DNA of 63,162 nt, filler included, from Ionaspis alba (GCA_964255285.1; 20 parts of 20 records of this genome joined end to end with filler, not necessarily neighbours in it); one strand, 5' to 3'; counted from the first letter of the whole stretch, positions 11,684-24,907 are shown. A program made the numbers and translations. Notes: a model not told the origin generated them from the sequence alone.

Positions 11684-12483
11684 ATGCCTAAGGTAAAGCT
11701 TACCCCTCTCAACAATATTCATCAAAACACCAAACTAATTTTCCTCTGCCCTCACAGATCACCGAACTCCTCTTCGACTGCGACAACACCCTTGTCCTCT
11801 CGGAAGAACTCGCCTTCGAAGCCTGCGCCGAACTCGGCAACGAAATCCTCGCCAAATACAATGTCTCGAAGCGCTACACCGGCCCCGAGCTCATGGTCGA
11901 CTTCGTCGGGCAAAACTTCCGCGGCGTAGTGAAAGGCATGGAGGACAAATGGAATTTCACTATCCCCGACGACGAGCGTGAGAGCTACGTGAAGATGGAG
12001 GAAGACCGCGTAATCAAGAATCTCGAGGCTAAGGCCCAGCCATGTGAAGGCGCGAACGAGGAGTTGGAGAAGCTGTATAAGTCGAAGAAATACGGCATGG
12101 CTGTTGTGTCCTCTTCCGCGCTCAGACGAGTTGTGGCCTCGGTCAAGAAGGTTGACCAGGCGAAGTACTTCCCCGAGAACCACATCTTCAGCGCTGCTTC
12201 TTCGCTGCCGAAGCCGACTACGAAGCCTGATCCGGCGATCTACCTACACGCTTGTAAGGAGATTGGTGTCAAGCCGAGCGAGTGTATTGCTGTTGAGGAC
12301 AGCAAGAGTGGAACACTCAGTGCTGTTCGTGCCGGTATCTACACCATTGCCTATGTTGGTAGCTACCACGACCCGAGCAAGGCATCTGAGGTTGCCAAGA
12401 TGCTGGTGGACAATGGTGCTGTTGTTGTCATGAACCACTGGAAGGAGTTTGACGAGTGCTTGAAGAAGATTGAGGCTATGTGA
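11684..12483 (+). CDS. HAD-superfamily hydrolase (beta-PGM/CbbY-like)
   Basis: 9-nt exon 11684-11692 plus exon 11758-12483. Motif I LLFDCDNT, motif II VVSSS, KPDPAIY, motif IV AVEDSKSG. Confidence 0.92.
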
Positions 12484-13062
12484 ATGTTGCACGGGATATG
12501 TGTGCTCTTGTTTAGACTCATACATGAGACTGTGCACAGGGGAAAGACCTTGCTGGGATAGAAAAGTTGATTTCTAGGGTTATTGCTAGAGATTAGATCA
12601 TTCGCCAGTCTCATATAGATCATACGTCTCCACATATTCTCTCTTCGCAGTCATGAGTTAGGATTTAAACTCCAAGAAATACACGGCCTGATTTTGACAA
12701 AAAAAAACACAAAGGTTAAGTCCTACCCTCTCCATACAATATCTACAAATCCCCAAGCCTCACTTACATCCCACAGAACGCGAAAATGAACCACCAAACT
12801 TTGCCAAACAGCTGGGTATCTCAATCTCCAAAAATCCAACTCCATGCCCACCGCCCTTCCTACCTCAAAGCCACAAAGCCCCGACCACCAATCCNNNNNN
12901 NNNNNNNNNNNNNNNNNNNNNNNNNNNNNNNNNNNNNNTTAATTAATTAANNNNNNNNNNNNNNNNNNNNNNNNNNNNNNNNNNNNNNNNNNNNTATTCC
13001 AACCACTTCATTTCTAAACGACTTTTGTAGAGCCAGCCCAAACCAACCCCCTTCTCCAAAGC

Positions 13063-13772
13063 TTACTCCTTATCCTCAGCCTCCACTTCCGACAGATTAT
13101 CCTCCTTAGGCACCGTCCCCTTCTTCGCAGCCTTGGCCGCAGCGGCAGGTCCTGATGACTTGGCAGTGTCTTCTTCAGCTACCTCTGCATCATCATCGGC
13201 CTCCGCATCTCCATCTTCTTCATCCTCACCCTCGTCGTCTTCGAGAGGTACGGCTTCTTCGTCCGAGGCTTCTTCGGGCTCTTCCTCGTCGTCTACTTCT
13301 TCGGGTGCAGCAGCGGCGGGCTTGGAACCGGTCGCGGTCTTTCGCTTCTTTGCGGCTGGTGGAGCTGGATTGGAGGACTGATTAGCGGAACACGGTACAA
13401 AGGAGATAATAGCTAATGGTAATATACCTTCTCTGGCGACTTCTTCCTCGTCACCTTCTTCCTCACTATCTTCAGCTTCCTCTTCTTCGGCGTCGGAAGC
13501 ATCCGAGGCTTCGTATCTATGGCGGAATAGAGTTAGCGCGCGATTGCGATAGAAATTGCGACAGAATGCGCCGGAAGCTTGTCAATTGCGCAACAGGTAC
13601 TACAATCGGCTTTAGGGGAATGGCTGCATAGTGAAGGATGACAGGTACGGGCGCAATTGTAGCGACATGACGTCAAGAAGGGAGCTGAAGCTTACTCTTC
13701 TTCTTCTTCGCTTTCGTCACTTGGCAGAGCCTGGAGCTCTTCCTCTTCCTGCTTTCTCTTGCGGGTAGACAT
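13063..13772 (-). CDS. Small highly acidic protein (~155 aa) with basic NLS-like clusters, 3 exons
   Basis: Exons 13696-13772, 13428-13516, 13063-13364 join in frame: MSTRKRKQEEEELQALPSDESEEEEEYEASD...APPAAKKRKT... Confidence 0.8.
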
Positions 13773-14330
13773 GGCTGGAGAGAGAGATGGATATAGGATC
13801 CAATTGACTTGCTTGAGGTTGTGTGAGTTGTGGGTGGATGAGGGTGGAAGGAAGTGGATGGTAGCTTGGGGGGGAAGGACCTGAGGTTGGAGCAAGCTCG
13901 GGGAACAGCTTGGGGGAAAGGGTAGAGCTCGGACCAGGGCGGACGAGGGATAAGAGCTGTGTGAGACAGGCATGGCAGGGGGGTGGAGGGAGTGGGAGGG
14001 CGACGTCATCCGAAAGCATCCAAGGGGGCATTTCGAATAATTGCGGCTGATTCCTTCTACCGTACTATCTGATCTTCATGTGTTATTTGGTACTGTGGGA
14101 TTCATTTATTACCCGCTCCTATCATTATTGATCATTAGATGCAATGGGTAAAGATGGGCTTGTAGTGTATTGCGTCCAGCTTCCAACGGGTAGAAATATC
14201 CATGGAAGCAGTCCCTCTCGATTGGGCTGGGACTCAGGGCTCACCATTGTTCAATTAAGCCACCAAATGCAAGGAGACACGGCAGACAACAAGGCAAGGA
14301 ATACTTTGCTTAGTAATGATCGTTGTTCTG

Positions 14331-14430
14331 NNNNNNNNNNNNNNNNNNNNNNNNNNNNNNNNNNNNNNNNNNNNNNNNNNNNNNNNNNNNNNNNNNNNNN
14401 NNNNNNNNNNNNNNNNNNNNNNNNNNNNNN
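14331..14430. other. Intra-scaffold gap (100 N, no linker core); others at 24270-24369 and 27246-27345
   Basis: Pure N runs. The gaps at 24270 and 27246 fall inside genes that continue on both sides. Confidence 0.95.
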
Positions 14431-14489
14431 AATATTATGCACAAGATTCAGCTGGTGCGCTTCATCAAATTGAATTCCTCATCAAAGTC

Positions 14490-16121
14490 ATGCCTTCGGA
14501 GTGCGCAAATCCTCTGCTACTTCAATGGACGAAAGAGTGGTTCGACTTGGCCAAAGAGAGGAACTCCAAGGGTGCTGCAAAGTGAGCTCCCACAGCCCTT
14601 TTCTCCACGACGAATCTTCGACTGATACCGAGTAGCTACAAAAAAGCCTACGATTCCTTGAAAGCATGTCCATTAGTCTTCAATCACCCTTCCGAGGCTC
14701 AGCAACTCCATGGGCTTGGGCCAAAGCTCTGCAGTCGCTTGACAGAGAAATTAAAGGAATACTGCGCCGAGAATGGACTTCCGATGCCAGATCCGCCATA
14801 CAAAGGTTTTCCATTCATCCTCCGGACAGGTCTCGAGATAAGGCTAATTTTCTCAAGTGAACAAGCGTAAAGGTGGAGAAGATCTCCCAGGAGAGGCACC
14901 CGCGAAGAAAACTCGAAAGAGAAAGCCCTATGTCCCGGCCTTGCGCTCCGGTGCTTATGCCATCCTGCTCGCTCTTGCCACCCTCCCAGAGAATTCTTCG
15001 AACGGTCTCACCAAGATACAGACGATCGACTTAGCACAAGAGCACTGTGACTCTTCGTTCACCGCGCCCAGTGATCCCACAAAGTTTTATACGGCTTGGG
15101 ATTCTATGAAGATTTTGCTGTCGAAGGATCTAGTCTATGATTGGGGACGTCCAACGAAAAGATATGCATTGACGGAGGACGGATGGGAGGTTGCCAGAAG
15201 GATGAAGAAGGCTGTGGAAAAGCTGGAGGAATCTGAGAGTCTCGCTGGACGGAACAGATGCCCGCCAAAGCAACGGTCAGGCGCTAGTCAAGTTATCGAT
15301 CTCGAGGATGACTCTGAGATCGAGAGTCGTCGTTATACTCAGATTAATCGTTGCGGAGGTGAAGATGGTCGCAACGACTCTCAGGGTGCCACTAGGGTCA
15401 GGTATCAAACAGGCCCACTACAACCTCGACAAATCAATACATTGCTAGAGCCAGCTACCGATCCTGAATTTTTAGAGCTCTTGTCGAGTCCGATGTCACA
15501 AAGAAACTGGAAGGCTGCAGATGAGAGACCGACAGAGCCTACGACAAAACCAAATACCTCAATTGCTCCTCTCGCACCTGCCGCAGGTCTTTCCATAACA
15601 AAGCCGAACTCTTCTCATCCACAAAGTCTTTCAGCATCGATCAAACCCTTCACCATCGCCCCCGGAACATTCACCGTCGAACTCGTCCTCGACAACCGCG
15701 AAGTCCGCTCCAAAACCGACCGCGACTACATCCAAGACTCCCTGCGCACTCGTGGCGTCATCCCCCTCGTCCGGCCCCTCGAAATCGGTGATGCCGTCTG
15801 GGTCGCCAAATGCAAAGACCAGCAACTACTGTCTCGTCTCGGTGAAGAAGGGGACGAAATAGTTCTCGATTGGATCGTCGAACGCAAGCGTCTCGATGAT
15901 CTGATCTGCAGCATTAAAGACGGACGCTTCCACGAGCAGAAATTCCGGCTGAAGAAATCAGGCATTAGGAATGTGGTCTACGTGATTGAGGAGATCTCGA
16001 TAAGCCTCGAGACCTCGCAGAAATACCATGAGCATGTAATGTCGGCGATTGCGTCAACGCAAGTTGTCGATGGATTTTTCGTCAAAAGAACAAAGAAGCT
16101 GGATGATACGATCCGCTACCT
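14490..16121 (+). CDS. MUS81: Crossover junction endonuclease Mus81 (3' truncated)
   Basis: Exons 14490-14581, 14636-14805, 14858-16121. CANPLLLQW, HhH L.GLGPKLC, winged helix YVPALRSGAYA, ERCC4 motifs VLDNRE, GD and VERKRLDDL..SIKDGRFHEQK. Confidence 0.96.
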
Positions 16122-17244
16122 NNNNNNNNNNNNNNNNNNNNNNNNNNNNNNNNNNNNNNNNNNNNTTAATTAATTAANNNNNNNNNNNNNNNNNNNNNNN
16201 NNNNNNNNNNNNNNNNNNNNNGCGGTATCATCGCGGCACGGGAGTCAAGCTCATCCGCATTTTCCCTTCACGACTCCAGTCGTGGGCAATCCCTCGAGAG
16301 AGATTATCGATTGTTGGAGGTGTGGATCTCCCAGGGCAAGAATACCCACGTGTGATTGCCCTCTCCGGCTGCACGTCAGGCCAATGGCGAGGGATTGACC
16401 GCGCCTCGCATGCAGATGCCCTTGCTCGGGGTTAGGGAACGAGGGGTTTGGGACCGAGGGCTGTACTACGCACCGAGACGTTGAGGGCTAAGGCATGAAC
16501 AAAGCTTGGATGGAGGATTCGATCGTCGAGAGCTTTGGATTTCGAGGATTCGGGATGCTGAGTCATGGACGGCGAAGTTATGCAGTCAGACTCCTTCCAA
16601 GACCCGGTAGGCCTTCCTTCTATCTATCCAGGCAAAGCAATCGTTGAACAGGCCGCCGTACAGCACCGCTGAGTGGCGGTCGAGCCCAACTCCGAGAGCA
16701 GATATGGGGAAATTGATTTTGGGCCCACGAAGTCCCATGCCTGGCCCCTATGTTTTGCATTGCAGAAACTTCCGACCAATGTTTGTCTGACAATATTAAT
16801 GGTTGTGTGCAAGTAATGTGTGGGAGGCTGTGCATTATTGATCGCCGGGGACGGTGTGCACACCAACGGCGGAGGGGGGCATGAACGGGTGAAGGAACGA
16901 TTAGCTTCCGGGACGCTGCACGGGCCGAATGGAGGGAACTTTAGTGGAAAGCTTTGAGCGTGGGATAGTGTTTTAGGGACGGGGAATGGTTTCCTTGACT
17001 CGTAGGTTGATGCTTACAATTTACCTTCTGAGTCATGAAACGGGTTGGATAGCAATATTCATGAGGTCAAGATCTTGGTCTACTTTATTGGAGGAAGGCG
17101 TAGTCGATGTAGGAGCAAATAACTTTGATGGCTATGCTGCTAATTTCGACATTAGTGTGCGAATAGCTGCGCCTTCCGTGTGGGGAATGAGGCTACGAAG
17201 CTTGACTTTAATCTATTTTTGTTGGCTACTTTCCTGTCAGGATA

Positions 17245-17352
17245 TGGTGCAGAAGTTGTAAGAGAGTATATCGAGTTTCATGACTAGGATATCATCATTG
17301 GTGCAGAGTTGTACGAGAGTGTATCGAGTTTCATAACCGGGGATATCGTCAT
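17245..17352. repeat. Two-copy ~54-bp imperfect tandem duplication
   Basis: tggtgcagaagttgtaagagagtatatcgagtttcatgactaggatatcatcat followed by tggtgcagagttgtacgagagtgtatcgagtttcataaccggggatatcgtcat. Confidence 0.85.
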
Positions 17353-17468
17353 CGAGAATCACTGAGGCATACTTGGAACCCTGCAGACATGGTTGAGTTT
17401 GAAGCATAATGCCCTGGCATTAATATAGTGAGATTGGCCGTAACGCTCAAATCTATAGCAAACATGTA

Positions 17469-18833
17469 TCACAACAAACTCGCCGCCCTCGTCTCCAACT
17501 GCTGTCCCACGAAGAACTTCTTCGACTCCATACACCTCTGACTCGTGCACCCCTGACACCTCAACGCCATCTGCCTGCTACAGCTCTCCCCGCTTCGCAA
17601 ATGCGCCACCGCGATATCAGCCAGGGCCTGGATAAAAACTGGACTTCCATTCAAACTCTCTGCACGCTTGACACCCGGATGTCCTGCTTCGTGGATGACT
17701 TCCTGATCAAGCTCATAGAGCGTTTCGATGTGATCTGAGGTGAATGCAATAGGGATGAGTACCAGGTCCGTCTGTCCCTGCTTCACATATGCAGCGACTG
17801 TATCCGATGTCTGCGCGCCAAGCCATGCCGAGGGTCCCACTTGCGATTGCCAGCACAGTCGATAGGGATTGCTGAAGCCGAGACGCTGCATCACCGCATA
17901 CACGGTCGCGGCCACTTCGGCTGGATAGGTATCGCCTCTGTTGACGACACTCATGGGTAAGGAGTGCGCGGAGAAGAGCAACACGACGTTCTTCCTTCTC
18001 TCCTCGGGGTACGTGGCCAACTGCGCTTCAATGTTTCGGGCAAATGCTTCGACGAGTCCTGAATGTACTGGCCATCGATCAATGACGCTCCAGGTGATTG
18101 CGCCCTCCCCTTCGCCACTGCCACTCCCTCTCTTCCCTTCCAGCCTGTTCCTCCACTTCCATAATTCGTTCAGTGAGCTTCCGGTCGTGGAACACGAGTA
18201 TTGCGGATATTGTGTGAAAGCAACCGCTCGTCCGCCTTTGCCGTTCCCGAAACCGTCGTCTAGTAATTTGGTGTACATCTCTTCCGTCAAAGGGTCGGCG
18301 TAGCGGAAAGCAACGTAGGGTTTGTGAGGAGCTGTCTCGGGCGATATCTGGTCGAGGATTTTGCACATCTCGCTCGATTGATATTCTGACCATTTTCGGA
18401 TGGGGGAGCCGCCACCTATTGCGGCGTATTGTTTTTGGATCTTTGGGGTTCGACGGCGGGAGATGAGGGGTCCGAGATAGGATTGTAGACGCCCTAGGGG
18501 TATAAGATCTCCATCTGCCTATAGAAATGATCATTAGCTTCGGAAATGGTTGGAGATGATATGGGTCCGTACAAATAATCTGCTCAGGAAGTTCCCAACT
18601 TCGTCGGTTGTTGATGGCCCACCCATATTCATGAATACCATAGCTGTTGGTCCTTTCGAAGACGTGGCATCTTGGGTGACTGGTGGCACTACCGTCGCCA
18701 TGGATCGTTTCGACTTCGCGTCATGCTGCACTTGAATATCTCGGAGGCAAGATGTGGGAGCTGCCGCGAATTTAGATATAGATCGCGGAGAAGTATGGCG
18801 GGACAGCTGAGTCAGAGGATTACGCAAGGCCAT
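17469..18833 (-). CDS. HEM15: Mitochondrial ferrochelatase, 2 exons
   Basis: Exons 18573-18833 and 17469-18518. MNMGGP, FTQYPQYSCSTTGSS, LFSAHSLP, WQSQVGP, FTSDHIETLYELD, C-terminal Cys cluster. Confidence 0.97.
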
Positions 18834-19164
18834 TATATAGCAGGACGAGAGGATAGCTATGGGAATAGAGAGACTGCAACGGCGAGAGGTGGAGTAGAGG
18901 CAATGAATGTTGACAATCCATGGATTACCATTTCGATGACGCTCATTGGTCTCGAATCTCAATTTCTGATTACCTAAGCACTTTCAACACCAGATCCCGT
19001 GTTTTCGTGTTCCACTTTATCGCGCTTCACGTCCATTTGCATGATGGCTGCCTAGTATACTAGAAATCATGAATTACGGTCGCCTGCATCGTCGATCCTG
19101 TTCACTCCTTCTAAATATATTGTCAGAGTTCCGGATTTAGAGGGGGAGAAGCCTGATTTTCACA

Positions 19165-19339
19165 ATGGCCGAGAACAAGACCTGGAAACCAGACGAAGCA
19201 GAAGAGGAGGAAGAAGAAGAGCTTGACGAAACTGTACGCTCGTCCTGATAGTAACCAATATCAAATTCTGGTGACGTTGACCACGCCTAGGCCTACAAAA
19301 GCGCCAAAGATGCCGTTATCTTTGCCATTGAAGTCAGCC
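19165..19339 (+). CDS. KU70: Ku70 N-terminus (3' truncated)
   Basis: Exons 19165-19233 and 19291-19339 read MAENKTWKPDEAEEEEEEELDET/AYKSAKDAVIFAIEVS, the fungal Ku70 vWA start. Not in the ORF track. Confidence 0.85.
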
Positions 19340-20089
19340 NNNNNNNNNNNNNNNNNNNNNNNNNNNNNNNNNNNNNNNNNNNNTTAATTAATTAANNNNN
19401 NNNNNNNNNNNNNNNNNNNNNNNNNNNNNNNNNNNNNNNACTTTGTTCTGAGAAAGGTCGGAATCATAGTATCGAACGAAAGCTCGTCCGAGCGTTCCTT
19501 AGGTTCGCTGGAAGTAAGAGAGTTCAGCCGCCGAGATTTGGAAAATCTGCCCCGGGGCCACTCCCCGCTTCACCCGGCGCTAGGGAGCAAGCGATGTGGC
19601 TATAGGTTCCTGGCGCACCCCCCCAAGTTGGAGGCTCGGCGCTTAGGAAATGACGGACTACTGACGCGGCTCAATCGCCTGGTAGCTATTGTTGTCTCTG
19701 GCCACTCGCATGAACTCCCATCGTCCACTACTTTCCGGATCTACGCTGAGTGTCACAGAGTAGGCAACCACAAATGGATGATTTTTTTGCTGTTTTTAAT
19801 TGCCTACTCTGCCCACCGTGGCTGAGAGGCTTAGCAGGCGATCGAAACCTGAAATGGACTGATCAATGCATCCAAAGTTCGTTGCAGCTTCGTTTCATGG
19901 GGTGAACTTGCCTCAGCCACGCGCGGCACGAGCCTCGTTCATCCTTTGAGAGAGAACTTCGTGGGGGGCCCATGTACATATACTTCTCACCCTTTTACTT
20001 TCAAGCTTGCTTTTTGGCCCTCGTTGACCGAATCTCCCATGTGCCAGAGTTATCTCCTTGACATTCTTCTTCGTTGAGCTTCCCTCTTG

Positions 20090-22545
20090 ATGATGCCGAA
20101 TCTCTCGCAGGAAGAGGCCCGCAAATTTATTGCAGGCGTGAGTGAGTACAATGGCGGCATCGCCGATGAGGACCGAAAGCGTCTGGCGGATCAGTTTCCT
20201 TCCGCGTATCGAGCATTGCAAATGACGCGGAGACAGCTCGCGAGTTCCATCAAGATGTATTTTAATTTATCCTTTAGAGGATTTGGCTGACCTTTGCAGT
20301 GTTGTCGATAATCTTTACTCGAAGGAAACTCGTTTTTTGTATGAGCTGATACAGAACGCTGAAGATAACTCTTACTCTACAGCCACGACGAAAGGTGAAA
20401 AGCCATTTCTAGCCTTCAGAGTCTATCCAGACAAGATTATCATTGATTCGAATGAGGACGGCTTCTCGGAAAGCAACATTAGAGCTATTTGCTCGATTGG
20501 TAACTCTACGAAGAAACACAGTGCGGGATACATCGGCGAGAAGGGCATCGGCTTCAAGTCCGTTTTCAAGATTGCAAAGAAGGTGCACATCCAATCCGGG
20601 CCGTTCTCCTTCGCATTTTCGCATACTCGAGAGAACGACGACGATGGTCTGGGCATGATCACACCGTATCATGAGGATGCTCAAGAGCTTGCAGCGGGTG
20701 TGCGCACGCGCATGACACTGACACTCCTAGATTCTACCAAATTCGAGGAGCGGGCTTCTGAATTTGGGGGGGTCCCCGACACTTTCCTAATGTTCTTGAG
20801 TCAATTACAGCAATTATCCATAGAGTTGTACCCGCCGAACGAGGCTCCTACGGTCACGCAATACTCAAAACAGGAAACCAAAGAAAATGGGCTCTACACG
20901 ACGTTCCTTACGAAGACTACGCGCAAGGGTGAGGAAGAGTCATCTTTAGAACAAAAATACTACACCATGAAGAGCGATCTTCGCGATCTCCCTTTCGACG
21001 AGGCAAGAAAAGACAAGCAAGGAAACAGTATTGACCAGGCTACAGTCGTTCTCGCTTTTCCAGTGAACGAGCACGGTGAACCAGTCCTCAAGCAGCAGTA
21101 TACCTATGCTTTCTTGCCCCTGCGTCGAGTAGGATTCAAGTTCCTGATCCAATCTGACTTCGTCACCCAAGCCAATCGAGAAGACGTAGTACACTCCAAG
21201 AGGAACCAAGCTGTTTTAGAAGGGATCGCCAAAGCATTTGCGGACGCCATGGTTGTGTTCTGCCAAACTCCATCGCTCAGGTACCAATGGATGAGATGCC
21301 TTCCTGGAGCTTTTATTTCAGATGAATATTGGGGGACATTGTGGACGCTGGTACGTGAGAAGCTCAAGCAAACTCCACTTTTAGAATCATGGAGTGGCAA
21401 CGGTCTCTACATGCCTTCGGAGCTTGAGAAGCTATCCGAAAAGGATATCGACCACGATGGAAATCCTTTGTTACCAGATCTAGAGGGCGCAGAAGTTTAC
21501 CTCTCACCGAAGTACAAAGAAGAAGACTACCAGATACTCAGACGCCTGAGGACAACACCACTTCAATGGAGCAAGCGTATCGATCGTCTGGAAGCTGATC
21601 TCCGCAACTCTGGCGGCTCGAAATGGAGATGTGTGAGAAATAATACCGATTGGCGTACTAGGATCTGCAAATTGCTTTCGGAAGCCTTCACCGTGAAATC
21701 TCAGGACTTGCTCAAGCAACAGGAGCGCACGAAAGAGCTTGCCTTGATTCCATTGTATGACGGTAGGTGGGTATCCGGCACCTCTGGCACCGTGGCATAC
21801 TTCCCCGAGACTGTTGGTGTTTCCATTCCTGCAGATCTCGGCCTCAACCTTGTCGACCCTAGGGCTGTCGAGAATGTTGTTTGGAAAGAGCTTCTTTCAA
21901 AATTAGGTGTGATGGACTGCTTGCCGGATGCTGTGGTCAACTTGATCAACAAACGTTACGATGTTAGACACTTTGATAATTTTGACATGTTCAATGCTGT
22001 TGCTCACATCCGATATTTGTACTGGTTCCTTCCGAAAGACCTTACGAGTTTGGCTCCTCAGATTCGACTTGTCAATCAGCACTGCGCCCTGCTCAGGAAA
22101 GACCAGTACATGTACTTCCCGGATGGAGAAGATGACTACAGTCCATCAAAACTTTTTGAGCAAGATTCCCAGCATCCTGGTCACCCGGTGTCTTATCTAC
22201 ATGAAGACTATATTAAGGCGGTTGACCCTGAAGTCATTCACAATGGCTGGTCGTGGACGCGATGGCTTGAAGTTGTAGCCAGGGTCCACCGAACACCCGT
22301 GCTCTGTGCCAAAGGCTCTCGTGAATTGTCGAAAGAATTCAAGTACATCATGGATCATCGATCGGATAGACTGTTGGGAACTCTGAAGCGCGGATGGGCT
22401 TACTATCGCCTTATGATCACCGATGACGTGAAGGGAAAGCTGTGGAACAGCGATGTACTTCTCGAAAATGGACTCAGGACATCGCTATGGTCCACATTCC
22501 TGCCCCTTCCCAAGCTTAAGCAAATTGCTGCGGAGCTCCGTATTG
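20090..22545 (+). CDS. Sacsin/NO VEIN-like GHKL (HATPase_c) protein (3' truncated)
   Basis: Exon 20090-20256, 43-nt intron, exon 20300-22545. Motifs LYELIQNAEDN, NEDGF, IGEKGIGFKSVF, YAFLPLR..GF.FLIQSDF...ANREDV. Confidence 0.88.
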
Positions 22546-24039
22546 NNNNNNNNNNNNNNNNNNNNNNNNNNNNNNNNNNNNNNNNNNNNTTAATTAATTA
22601 ANNNNNNNNNNNNNNNNNNNNNNNNNNNNNNNNNNNNNNNNNNNNCCGCATCTCGCCCCCGCCCCCGCCTCAAGCACGCAGACAAACTATTCCCGCTCTC
22701 CCGGCCGATCATCCTGCCACTGCGCCCAATGAGCACATAACCGTGCTTTTTCGCGAAGGAGCCGCTCGTGACGGGATGCGCATCCTGCGATTGCGCTGGC
22801 GGTGCAGCGTGAGCTGCGGGGATGTGGCGCGGACTGACTCTTGGCTTTTGGAGCCGGGTCTAGGAAGAGTAGGCGAGAGTGAAGAAGAAGGAAGGGAAGG
22901 TGGATTGGGGGACGGATGACGTGCATTTGGGGGATAGGTTGGTGGTAGTGGGAGGGCTGGTGAGACGTGGTATTTTTGGGGAGGAAGAGGAGGAATATGG
23001 GGGCCGGATGAGCTTCCTTGTTGATCGAACATTTTCTGGAGTGAGCCGACTAAGAAACTTCCTTCTGCGGCCCCCAAATGCTTCGACGGGCACGGACTTG
23101 TTGCATCCTGGCAATCCTTATGGGGATGATGCTTAAGGCAGTGGCATCAGATCGGGCAACCTTATTGTTCTTTGGCTATTGCGGATCCTCCCGATGGTCA
23201 GGTTGCACAAAGGGTCGCTAGGCGGCGTGGTAGGCGTTGCCTTGTGGGGGCCGTTTTTGAGGGGTCAGAGGTTGATATGTGGGAGGTTTGTTTGTGGGCT
23301 CGTGTTTACCCTGACTTCTCTTCTGCTGACTTTGAAGGATTCGAGGCGACGTTGAAAGGATGAGCCGAGCGGTTTGTGAGTGGTTAGGTTGGGAGGTTGG
23401 GTTGAGGCATGCAGTTGCCTTTTCACCAGCAGGATTGCATGCTGCAGGTAGGTACTGACCGCGTACATTTGCATTCAGGGAAGACGTTTCCGCTTTGTCG
23501 CCATCAACTGTCGGCTGAATCCTACCCCGTTCATGACACGAGGATTAGGATTATCCTCAGACGTGGTGCGGCTATTTGAGGTGACAGCGCTTCAGATCTT
23601 GCTTACCTGCCTGATATTGCCTTCATCGTCAGTCCAAGCTCCGTGCAAGGAGGTCGTACATGTTACGAGTTTGGGATCACTTCCAGCGTGAATGTGCTGG
23701 TGCATCAGACCAGTTCATTACGTTGTCAACGAGATTTTGTACTCGTTCAATGCCTATGCCTGATTTTGCTTTTCGGATTCTAAGCCACAGCATCACATAG
23801 CATTGTGATTGCCATGTCAGCCTTGTCACTTTAGCAACCACATTTTCCTCTGTCGGAGCTATTCGTGTCGTTCTAGATAGAGCGTATGTTCGCTGTATCT
23901 TGTCGAGTATCAACTTTCACCCACTGACACAGAACATGTGCACACATGTTCCTTGCTGAAGCAAGGTCATTTCATATGTCCAGAGCCCATGTTTCTTACG
24001 TATGGAGAGGAAGTGATTGATATGAAAATTTCTCTCTAT

Positions 24040-24515
24040 TCACCACTCGTCAGGATTGACCGTCCGGTCGTGCACTGGAGTCGTTGGAACTACTCGGATA
24101 GGCGACTTGTACTCGAGATATTCTAGACCCATCAGGTCTCTTCCCAGATGCCAATTCGTCTCATGACTTGATAATCTCGAAACATCGACATTGACATCCT
24201 TCAATGGATTCTCCAACGTCAAATCCCAAAGTTCGTGGAACTCGTTCACACCGTCGTCTGCGGTCCTAANNNNNNNNNNNNNNNNNNNNNNNNNNNNNNN
24301 NNNNNNNNNNNNNNNNNNNNNNNNNNNNNNNNNNNNNNNNNNNNNNNNNNNNNNNNNNNNNNNNNNNNNAAGATTCAAACCCTTGTGCGGAGCCCAGCCT
24401 ACCACATAGGATCCATCATCCATTCCTCCGAACCTGGATGTATCCAGTCGAAGTCCAGAATTTCAGCCCATATTCCTCGTCTCAATTCAAATGGGAGATC
24501 CATCAATCTCAGCAT
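24040..24515 (-). CDS. F-box-like protein, paralog of 24908-25701 (middle lost in gap)
   Basis: Exon 24403-24515 reads MLRLMDLPFELRRGIWAEILDF. The C-terminal part NEFHELWDL...LM..EY..YK.P aligns with the neighbour. Confidence 0.7.
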
Positions 24516-24907
24516 AATGAAAGCCTCGTGGTTCTTGAAGCTTGGAGAGAGTCGAAGATCTTTGAAGCGGGTAAGAATCCTGGGATATTAATGCTTGTGA
24601 CTAGGTTTTTTTGAGTGGTGAAAAGAACAGACAAAGATGAAGAAGAACGAAAGAAGAAAGGCCGTTATATAGTCGGCTGTCCGAGCTAATACATGCTAGC
24701 CAAAGAGTGTTGACTACACTTGGCAATTGGCTTCTATGTTACACAAAATCTCTTTATCTAGCCGTGTGGCCAGACCAGAATGGCACTTTCTGATCCAAGC
24801 TCAAAAGCAATTTCTAGTCATTCACAGGCAAGTTTATTTTTGCACCTATCATGATGTTTGATCGGGACTTATAATCGTGACGAGCGAGTCTTGGTGTATA
24901 GGTAGCA

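Noticed and set aside
13063..13772. Naming the acidic protein Chz1
   Set aside because: No recognisable CHZ motif, and acidity alone is not enough.
22646..23480. Pro/Ser-rich minus-strand ORFs (e.g. 22709-23077)
   Set aside because: Coincide with a C/G-skewed low-complexity tract. I could not build a consistent start and splice model.
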